The notes below the pieces were generated by a model. The model was given only the letters and a program-made list of their open reading frames with translations. It was not told the origin of the DNA and ran no database searches. Below, one piece after another: positions 56,887-64,000 of a DNA stretch of 64,000 nucleotides (the stretch's first letter is position 1; each line of letters opens with the position of its first letter). The translations under genes were made by a program, and so were the position numbers. This stretch comes from an uncultured Gemmatimonadales bacterium. GTDB taxonomy: Bacteria; Gemmatimonadota; Gemmatimonadetes; Longimicrobiales; Gaopeijiaceae. The stretch is taken from positions 1,696,001 through 1,760,000 of the forward strand of contig CAWELD010000003.1 in NCBI GenBank assembly GCA_963809895.1. Reading direction: 5' to 3'.

Positions 56887-59640
56887 TCAGCGCTCCGGAT
56901 GCTCCTTCAGGATGTCGCCCTTGCGAACGTCGATGACCACCACTCCGTCCGCAGCGGTGGTGGCGTACAGCTTCACCACCACACAGCGGTCCTCGGTGAT
57001 GCCCTCCGGCGGGATCGGCTGGTTGAAGTCGTTGCCGAGGTAGAGCTGGACCGCGTCGCCGATGAAGGCGCCGCGCTTGTCCGTCACCGGGATGGTGCTG
57101 CACTGGAGCCCGTCGTTGTCACCCGGGAAGGGCAGCGTCGCGCGCATGGGACCCGTGATGATGTCGCGAATGGCGACCCGGCCGATGCGGCGATTGTGCC
57201 AGGTGTCGATCACGTCCACCGTGCGGTCACCGGTCCCGACGAAGGCCAGGTGCGTGTCGGGCCGGTAGGTCCCACCCGGGTTGTCCAGAGTCTTGGCGTT
57301 GGCGTGCAGCGGGTGCAACGCTGCCCCCGAGCCCACCTCGCCCAACGGAATGGCCACGCCCCCCTGACGTCGCAGGTCCGGATCGAAGAACGCAGCCTCG
57401 TCCCGACCACGCACGACACCCAGCGTGCCGTCGTAGTTCATGCCCAGACCCCGGACCTCTTCGGAGTTGTTGACGAAGAGGTCGGCCACGGGGATGATGC
57501 CCGACAGCGCCGTGGTCTGTCCCGGGCTCGCCTGGTACATGAGCACCCGTCCCACGGGCTGGGCGCTACCCTCGCCCACGGCGATCCACCCTCCGTCACC
57601 GGAACCGGCGACGTAGGTCGTATCCTGGAACCCCAGCGAGGGGATGTTCCAGCGAGCGCCCTCCACGATGTAGGCGTCGGAACCCTGACCGACCAGCTCG
57701 AGCCACGCCGCCGTCGGTGTCTCACCCAGCGCCGTCGCCGCCCGTCCGAAGATCACCTGGTCCGGATAGCCGGGCACGTGGTCGAAGAGCGTGAGCGCGG
57801 CAGACAGGATGGGCGAGCCGTCACCGGTCGTGCCGATGGTGTCGACCTTGGCACCTACCGAGTCCACGTGGGCCACGGCCCAGAAGTTCTCAGCCTGCTG
57901 CGTGAGGCCGTGCTCCACGAAAAGCTTCACTTCGGAGCGTTGCGAGCCGTCCGGATAGAACGCCTTCCGCGCCGTACCCACGTCACCCACGAGCGTGGTC
58001 TTCGTGGAGTACACGACGTTGCCGAAGGAGTCGACCGCCATGAACTGGGGCCGGTCCGAGAACGCCGGCGAGTTGAACTGCGGCAGCGGGAAGATGGTGT
58101 ACTTCACCCCGGTGTCCGACTCGCTGAGCTGGATGTCGAAGAGGACCACGTCGGGGGTGAGGAAGCGACTCGCGTCGGCTTCCAACTCGGTCCCGAGGTC
58201 CACCACCGACATGTTCGTGCCACCCGAGTTGGCCACCCACAACGAGTCCCCGTCACGGGTGAGCGCCAGACCCCAGGGCTCCGCGCCCACGGCGATGGGA
58301 TGTCCGAAGGTCTCGGACCCCATGCGGAAGACCTCGAGCTGGTTCGTCTCGATGTTGGACAGGAAGAGGTTGCCGCGGGCTGTGTCCACGGCGGCGTCCA
58401 TGATGTGGCCCCCATTGGGCAGCACCACTGTACGACCGGCAACATGCGAGCGGGTGAGGCGCAGTCCCTGGCGACTGTCCGCCACGACCTGCCCACCCGG
58501 CAGGCTGGCACACTCGAGGCGCTGCGGCGTGTCCTCGTCCACCGCCGCGGCACAGTTGCCAGCCTGATCCACCATGTAGCCGGTCACCTCGTAGATGAGC
58601 GTGTCCGGCAGATTGAGCGAGTCCACGTTGAAGACCGGAACCGCGAACTCGTGTCCCACCGTCCCGGTGCGAGGCGGTGAATAGGCCTCTTCACCGGCCC
58701 GGACGAGGGTATCCTGTCGGTTGACCGAGATCGCCTTGACCGTGTAGCCGAGGCGCACCACGCCGCTCCCCTGGGGATCGTCGTTCCCCGAGACCTGGAT
58801 CCGCAGCGAGTCCTTCAATTCCAGCTTGGGCAGTGCACTCACGTTGAGGGTGACCGTGGGTGCGGTCGCGTCGCCCGCGCCTCCGGTCACGACCCGGACC
58901 GAGAGCCCGTCCTGACCCGCCAGGTCTTCGGTGTTCCGGGCCGTCGCGGCGATCTGCAGCGTGCCGCTGGTGCCCGCGGGAATGGCCACCGTCGTGTCGG
59001 CCCGGATGGAGTCCGTCGCCGGAATCACCGAACGCACCAGGGTGGTGTCGAAGGCTCCCGACAGCTCGAAGGAAATCTGCGCGATGCCCTGCGGGTCGCG
59101 GGCCACCGCGGACAGATTCAGGCTCAGTCCCGCCTTCACCGACTGGCCGCTCGTGAGGTTGAGGAGCTGTACGTCGGGGCCGCCGATGATGAGGGGCACC
59201 GTGTCCGCCGAGGCGTTGCCATCGCTGTCCCAGGCCCGCACGACGATGGAGGCGGTCTCCTTGTCCGTGACGCCGGTGGGCTGGAGATACCGGCTCAGGA
59301 CGGTGTCCCGCACCGAGCCGAGAATGACCTGCTTCGATTGATAGCGGGCCACTTCCTCCTGGGTCCCGAGCCCCGGGTCACCGCGAAGGGCGAAGCCCAG
59401 AAAGCGGACGGAATCGACGCCGGCGTCGTCGCGGACCCGCACCCGCACGAGGATCGAGTCCCCGACCGGCTTGGCGGCCTGGGCGTCCCCGCTGGGCACC
59501 TGGATCTCCACGCTCGGGGCACCGGCGAAGGTAGAGGTCGGGCCGCGGAATTGGTTCGGTCCGTCACATGCCGTGACGACGGCCACTGCTGCGGCCAGGG
59601 TCACGGGGATGAACGGGCGCTTGGCTCCCATTGGGCGCAT
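56887..59640 (-). CDS. Large lipoprotein: about three Ig-like modules plus YVTN-type beta-propeller
   Basis: Lipobox VVTAC; repeated P.V....D..G(V/I)....A.D..GN modules; IAVGAEPWGLALTRDGDSLWVANSGGTNMSVVD; GGAGAG RBS; 20 nt after the pilQ stop. Confidence 0.8.
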   Translation of the reverse strand: MRPMGAKRPFIPVTLAAAVAVVTACDGPNQFRGPTSTFAGAPSVEIQVPSGDAQAAKPVGDSILVRVRVRDDAGVDSVRFLGFALRGDPGLGTQEEVARYQSKQVILGSVRDTVLSRYLQPTGVTDKETASIVVRAWDSDGNASADTVPLIIGGPDVQLLNLTSGQSVKAGLSLNLSAVARDPQGIAQISFELSGAFDTTLVRSVIPATDSIRADTTVAIPAGTSGTLQIAATARNTEDLAGQDGLSVRVVTGGAGDATAPTVTLNVSALPKLELKDSLRIQVSGNDDPQGSGVVRLGYTVKAISVNRQDTLVRAGEEAYSPPRTGTVGHEFAVPVFNVDSLNLPDTLIYEVTGYMVDQAGNCAAAVDEDTPQRLECASLPGGQVVADSRQGLRLTRSHVAGRTVVLPNGGHIMDAAVDTARGNLFLSNIETNQLEVFRMGSETFGHPIAVGAEPWGLALTRDGDSLWVANSGGTNMSVVDLGTELEADASRFLTPDVVLFDIQLSESDTGVKYTIFPLPQFNSPAFSDRPQFMAVDSFGNVVYSTKTTLVGDVGTARKAFYPDGSQRSEVKLFVEHGLTQQAENFWAVAHVDSVGAKVDTIGTTGDGSPILSAALTLFDHVPGYPDQVIFGRAATALGETPTAAWLELVGQGSDAYIVEGARWNIPSLGFQDTTYVAGSGDGGWIAVGEGSAQPVGRVLMYQASPGQTTALSGIIPVADLFVNNSEEVRGLGMNYDGTLGVVRGRDEAAFFDPDLRRQGGVAIPLGEVGSGAALHPLHANAKTLDNPGGTYRPDTHLAFVGTGDRTVDVIDTWHNRRIGRVAIRDIITGPMRATLPFPGDNDGLQCSTIPVTDKRGAFIGDAVQLYLGNDFNQPIPPEGITEDRCVVVKLYATTAADGVVVIDVRKGDILKEHPER

Positions 59641-59660
59641 CGGTCTCTCTCCCGCTCGGC

Positions 59661-61469
59661 TCAGTTTGCCGCGTCGCGGACGATGTGGGGCGTCACCAGA
59701 ATGATCAGGTCACGCTGGATCTGGGACTCCCGCCTCGTCTGGAAGATCCGGCCCAGCAGGGGCAGATCCATGAGGAGGGGAATGCCGGACCGCACCTCGC
59801 TCTTTTCGGTGACGGTGAGTCCACCGATCACCACTGTCTGGCCGTCACGCACCAGGACCCGGGAATCCGCCGTCTGGGTCTGGAAGATGAAGCCCAGGTC
59901 GGACTCGGCGAGCTGCGGCGACGAACGCTCGGCGTGGAGCTCGAGAAGGACGTTCCCGTCATCGGTGATGTGCGGTGTCGCCTCGAGAATGATACCGGTC
60001 TCCTCGATCTGCACCGTGGCGCGAGGCAGAATGGCGGCTCCCTGCTGCGCGCCACCCGCCCCTCCTGCGCCGCCACCGCCGGTGGCTCCACCCACGGCCC
60101 CCGTACCCTGGTCGATGACGCGCAGCGGAGTGCGCTCACCGACCTGGAGCCGCGCCTGCTGATTGTTCATGACCGTCACCGACGGCGCCGCCTGGATATC
60201 GCTCAGATTCCGGGATTGCAGCGCCTCGATGAAGCTCACCAGCGTATGGCGCCCGATGAGCAGCGAGCTGAGCAGCGTCAACGTGGGCTGGCTGACCCGG
60301 TTCTGCGCGTTCCCCAGCGCGGCCACCGAGTTTCCACCCAGGGCCACCACGTTGGCGCCCTGTGGCACGGACTCGTCGGGCAGCTCGATGACGCCGTCGC
60401 CGTTGGAGTCGCGGGCGCCCGGGGTCACGAGGTTCAGCTGGTTGCCCGCCGAATCCTTCAGATCGTACACCACACCGAATTCGTTGAGGTCGGTGCGGTT
60501 CACGAAGACGATCTTCGCCTGAATGGTGACCTGAGGTGTCGGCTCGTCCAGGTGCGAAACCAGGTCCGCAGCGGCGTCATGGACCCGCTGGATGTCCGTC
60601 ACCACCACCGAGTTCGTACCCTCGCTGGCCGACACCGCACCGCGGGTCGTCAGGATGCCCTGCACCGCCTGGGCCACCTCGGTGGCCGTGGCGTAGTTGA
60701 TCCGGTACGACCGCGTGATCACCGGCTCCACCTCTTCGCGCTCGTTGAGGCTGGTGATGTTGTCGACCCGGATGATGCCGTTGTCGAGCTGGCGTGCCTG
60801 AAAGCCGTTGGTCTCGAGGATGGCGTTCAGGGCCTGGTCCCAGGGCTGTTCGTCGATCTGAGCGGTGATGTTCCCCTCGACGGTGGACCCGGCCACGATG
60901 GAGCGGCCGGAGATCTCGCTGAAGGTGAACAGCACCTCACGAATGGGCGTCTCGGCGAAGGTCACCGAGATCGGCGCCATTTCCTGGGGCTGCGGCGCGG
61001 CGACCGCCGGCGTGGGGGTCGGCGCCTGCGCGGCCGGAGCCGAGCGCACCGACACGTCACGCAGCTGTGCCGGAGCCGATCCCGAGCTCCATGCGTCGAA
61101 AGGACCCGTGTGACTCTGGAGTTGGATGTGCAGGCCATCCGCATCGGACGTCACCTGGTATGGCACGAGCTCGTCGAGCTGCAGCGTCAGCCGCACCACG
61201 TCGTCGGTATACTGGCTCGTGCGCAGCGCCACCACACCCCCGCGGTCGATCCCCTGGAAGTCCTTCCGGGGCAGGGCGTGCCGGGCACCGAAGACGTCCA
61301 CGACGAGGCGATTGGGCCCCTCCATGGTGAAGTCCCGGTACTCGACCGGCCCGTCGACTGCGATGACGATCTCCGTGGTGGAGGCCGCCGGGCGGATGCT
61401 GACCTCTCGGACCGGTCCCCCGGCCAGAAGCGAGCACAACCCAGTCCACAATGCGAGCATCGACGTCAT
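59661..61469 (-). CDS. pilQ: Type IV pilus secretin PilQ
   Basis: AMIN domain (PNRLVVDV), STN/N domains, QVTIQAKIV, VRDGQTVVIGGL and LIILVTPHIV; ATGA overlap with pilP. Confidence 0.94.
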   Translation of the reverse strand: MTSMLALWTGLCSLLAGGPVREVSIRPAASTTEIVIAVDGPVEYRDFTMEGPNRLVVDVFGARHALPRKDFQGIDRGGVVALRTSQYTDDVVRLTLQLDELVPYQVTSDADGLHIQLQSHTGPFDAWSSGSAPAQLRDVSVRSAPAAQAPTPTPAVAAPQPQEMAPISVTFAETPIREVLFTFSEISGRSIVAGSTVEGNITAQIDEQPWDQALNAILETNGFQARQLDNGIIRVDNITSLNEREEVEPVITRSYRINYATATEVAQAVQGILTTRGAVSASEGTNSVVVTDIQRVHDAAADLVSHLDEPTPQVTIQAKIVFVNRTDLNEFGVVYDLKDSAGNQLNLVTPGARDSNGDGVIELPDESVPQGANVVALGGNSVAALGNAQNRVSQPTLTLLSSLLIGRHTLVSFIEALQSRNLSDIQAAPSVTVMNNQQARLQVGERTPLRVIDQGTGAVGGATGGGGAGGAGGAQQGAAILPRATVQIEETGIILEATPHITDDGNVLLELHAERSSPQLAESDLGFIFQTQTADSRVLVRDGQTVVIGGLTVTEKSEVRSGIPLLMDLPLLGRIFQTRRESQIQRDLIILVTPHIVRDAAN

Positions 61470-61978
61470 CGTGAGCCTCCTTGGCCCCGAGTCGGCATGT
61501 CCATGGTTCTCCGTTCCGTCAACCCGAACTCCGTGACCTCCACGACCACCTGACTCCTCCGGATCTCGACGATCCGTACGTTCCCCCAACGCTCACCCAC
61601 GTGAAGGCGCACGCTCTGGCCGATGGGGCCGGAGCCGGGGTTGCCGCCCTGGGGCCGCCCCGCGGACAGCGTGGCGACGCTGGATCCGGGTGTGGGGCTG
61701 AACAGGATGGCGTCCAGATGCATCTGTTCGAAGCGCGGCCCTCCGCTGGCGTTGGCCAGCAGCGGCTTGAAGGGGTTCCGACGCTGAAAGGTCGGATACG
61801 TGAACACCTCGCGCTCGAACACGAGCTGCGGATCTCCGATGTCCTGCGCCCTCTGCTGCGCGGCGGACGTCGAATCCGGCGGGCTGGTCTGCTCCTGGTC
61901 CTGTCCCATGGCCGCGGCTGGCACGGCCAGGGCGAACAGCGTCAGGACGGGTGCGAGAACGCGACGACGCATGGTCAA
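61466..61978 (-). CDS. pilP: PilP-like protein
   Basis: RRNPFKPL motif and LHVGERWG.VRIVEI; lies between pilO and pilQ; signal peptide lacks a lipobox Cys. Confidence 0.75.
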   Translation of the reverse strand: MTMRRRVLAPVLTLFALAVPAAAMGQDQEQTSPPDSTSAAQQRAQDIGDPQLVFEREVFTYPTFQRRNPFKPLLANASGGPRFEQMHLDAILFSPTPGSSVATLSAGRPQGGNPGSGPIGQSVRLHVGERWGNVRIVEIRRSQVVVEVTEFGLTERRTMDMPTRGQGGSR

Positions 61979-62592
61979 CCTCCTACCTGGGAGCCCATGT
62001 CCGCCGACGGCTCTTCGGAGCTCGGCAGCACATAGGTCTCGATGCGGAAGGTGGCCTGCACCGGCGCCTCGTACTGGAGGAGCCCGGTGTTGGAGTTCTG
62101 CTGCAACTGGGTCATCTGGAGGTCCACGGGTGTGATGATCCGGGGAAGCGAGGCGATGGACGTGAGGAAGCGCCCCACGTTGTGGTATTCACCGATCACC
62201 CGGAGGGTATAGACCTGCTTCGTGTAGAACTCGCCCGGCTGGTCGGGCTGCGGCTCGATCAGGTTGAGATCCACGTTGAGTGAGCGTGTCTGCGTGGTCA
62301 GATTGCGCAGAAGCTCGGGGACCTCTTCACTGGCGGGCACGAGCTGTTCGAGCGCCCGCACGTGCCGCTCGTACAGGGCCATCTGCTCTTCGAGGTTCCG
62401 GCCGCCACGGGCGGCGGTGATCTGGGCCGCCCGGTTCGAGCTTTCCAACCGCTCGAGCCGCGACTGCGACGCCTGCAGGTCCGCCTGCGCCGGCGTGTAC
62501 AGATATTCCCAGAACACGTAGAAGAGGGCCGCCACCACCAGAATCACCACGAAGGCCCGTTGCTGCTTCGATCCCTTGGGCAGGAGTGCCAT
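61975..62592 (-). CDS. pilO: Type IV pilus assembly protein PilO
   Basis: TM, coiled coil, LVP..EVPELL and GEYHNVGRFL..IASLPRII. Confidence 0.92.
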   Translation of the reverse strand: MALLPKGSKQQRAFVVILVVAALFYVFWEYLYTPAQADLQASQSRLERLESSNRAAQITAARGGRNLEEQMALYERHVRALEQLVPASEEVPELLRNLTTQTRSLNVDLNLIEPQPDQPGEFYTKQVYTLRVIGEYHNVGRFLTSIASLPRIITPVDLQMTQLQQNSNTGLLQYEAPVQATFRIETYVLPSSEEPSADMGSQVGG

Positions 62593-62606
62593 GATCGCTC
62601 TCCCCC

Positions 62607-63281
62607 TCAGAGCCCGCCGGCCTCGGAGCCGGACTCGGCGCCGAGAAGCGGGACGGAGTTGAGGGAATCCAGGGCCGGCTGGACGAAGGACATCTGGAGC
62701 TCGAAGGCGTACACGACCTGCTGCGACCCGTCGATGGTCTGGGGCGCCTGCTCCGACGAGATCAGCTTGATGCCGCGGAAGTACTCCGACGCCTCCAACT
62801 GATCCATGAAGACCGTGAGGGCGAGGTTGTTGCCCGCGCGGCCCTCGACCTTGACCCGCAGGTCGGGGCTGGCGGAGATCTGCGAGACCTCCGTCAACCA
62901 TGTGTAGTCCGGAAGCGCACGAGCCACCTGGTCCAGGACGTGGGGCCAGATGTAGCGACCCTGGTCGATCTCCTGGATCACGCCCACGCGCTGGACGATG
63001 GAGTCACGCCGAGCCCGCAACCCGTTCGTCCGCTCGATGAGATCGGCGAACCGGGCCGAGTCCTGAACGGCGGACTCCAGGGCCACGGCGACGTCCTCCT
63101 TGTCTCCCCGGAGGGAGAACCAGAAGTAGCCCGCGGCACCCAGGGCCAGCACGACCGCCACGATGGCGGCCTGGACCCATCGGTCGCTGGGGAACCCCTT
63201 GATGCTGGGGCCCGAGAAGGAAACGCTCCGCTTGCGGGACTGCCGCTTGCGGCCGCCAGGTATGAGGTTGACCTCGATCAC
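62607..63281 (-). CDS. pilN: Type IV pilus assembly protein PilN
   Basis: IEVNLIP N-terminal motif, TM, coiled coil and LPDYTWLT. Confidence 0.92.
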   Translation of the reverse strand: MIEVNLIPGGRKRQSRKRSVSFSGPSIKGFPSDRWVQAAIVAVVLALGAAGYFWFSLRGDKEDVAVALESAVQDSARFADLIERTNGLRARRDSIVQRVGVIQEIDQGRYIWPHVLDQVARALPDYTWLTEVSQISASPDLRVKVEGRAGNNLALTVFMDQLEASEYFRGIKLISSEQAPQTIDGSQQVVYAFELQMSFVQPALDSLNSVPLLGAESGSEAGGL

Positions 63282-63294
63282 GGCTACCTCGCCG

Positions 63295-64000
63295 TCACGC
63301 GGTGCGGAGGGCCAGGCCCAACGGAAGCACGAACATGGGCGCGACCTCATCGAGGTTCACGGCCATGGCTGCGTCCGGATGGACAGGCACTCTCTCGAAT
63401 GGATTCACCAACTGCGTCTCCACGGCCATTCGGCGGCCCAGGGCCTCGGCCATGCCGGGGATCCTGGCGCCACCGCCGCTGATGTAGATGCGACCCAGCC
63501 CTTCGCCGGACTGGCGCGTCATGAGGAAGGCGGCGGCGCGCTCGATGCCCACGGCCACCTCGTCGGCGCTGGCTTCCACGAAGCCGCCCATGTCGTCCCG
63601 GGCCTCCCGTCCCTGCACCACGTCCTCGGCCTGCTCGGCAGTGAGGCCCCGCTCGCGCTGCAGATCCTCGCGGATGCGGCGCGAGCCGAACGGGATGTCC
63701 CGGGTGAGGAGCGGCACGCCGTCCTCGAGAATGTTCACGTTCGTGACCTCGTGGCCGATGTTCACCAGCGCCACGATGCCCGCCATGGCCTCCGGATGGT
63801 TGTGCTCGAAGGCGTTGTGCAGCGCGAAGGCGTTCACGTCGATGACGACGGGATTGAGCCCCGCTTCCACCAACAGGCCCACCTTGTTGTCCACCAGCTC
63901 GCGCTTGGCCGCCACCAGCAGGACCGGCATGCGCAGGCCCTCGCCCGCCGGATCGAGCAGCTCGAAGTCCAATTCGACGCTGTTGATGTCGAACGGGACG
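63295..64000 (-). CDS. pilM: Type IV pilus assembly protein PilM (5' part outside the window)
   Basis: VPFDI..V.LDF, VLLVAAK, IDVNAFAL, ISGGGA, NPF and LGLALR. Confidence 0.93.
   Translation of the reverse strand, partial: VPFDINSVELDFELLDPAGEGLRMPVLLVAAKRELVDNKVGLLVEAGLNPVVIDVNAFALHNAFEHNHPEAMAGIVALVNIGHEVTNVNILEDGVPLLTRDIPFGSRRIREDLQRERGLTAEQAEDVVQGREARDDMGGFVEASADEVAVGIERAAAFLMTRQSGEGLGRIYISGGGARIPGMAEALGRRMAVETQLVNPFERVPVHPDAAMAVNLDEVAPMFVLPLGLALRTA

Overview
High-GC (roughly 70% by eye) bacterial core-genome window. Gene content and order suggest Gemmatimonadota or a similar diderm lineage (inference, not a database result). In order: partial SusC-like TonB receptor, PBP1A, nucleoside salvage genes, V4R-ruvX-mltG-thiE-esterase, a stand-alone 23S-5S rRNA unit (no 16S or tRNA) with its own promoter, boxA and processing stems, a YciV/RNase AM-like PHP gene, the full F1Fo atp operon, MoxR-CNNM-gamma-CA, pilD, trmH-like, thiD, punA-nupC, rhomboid, dnaK-degP, tRNA-Leu-tig-clpP-clpX-lon-engB, a sigma54 activator, mog, gcvT, argF, hslUV-xerC-trmFO (frameshifted)-topA-aroK-aroC, a 917-aa Ig/beta-propeller lipoprotein and pilQPONM. 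No CRISPR, prophage or transposase was seen. The most unusual signals are mostly non-coding. (1) Downstream of 5S there is a 23-nt sequence complementary to 5S itself, an 81-nt strand-asymmetric palindromic repeat in three copies, and a ~225-bp duplication carrying a 5S 3' fragment. (2) dnaK has a sigma54-type promoter and shares a GCCA-N3-YGGC palindrome with hslVU. (3) A Rex-like box overlaps the atp promoter. Unusual proteins include a gamma-CA fused to a zinc ribbon and the large lipoprotein behind pilQ. Several apparent 1-nt indels suggest residual assembly error, so those calls need read-level checks.
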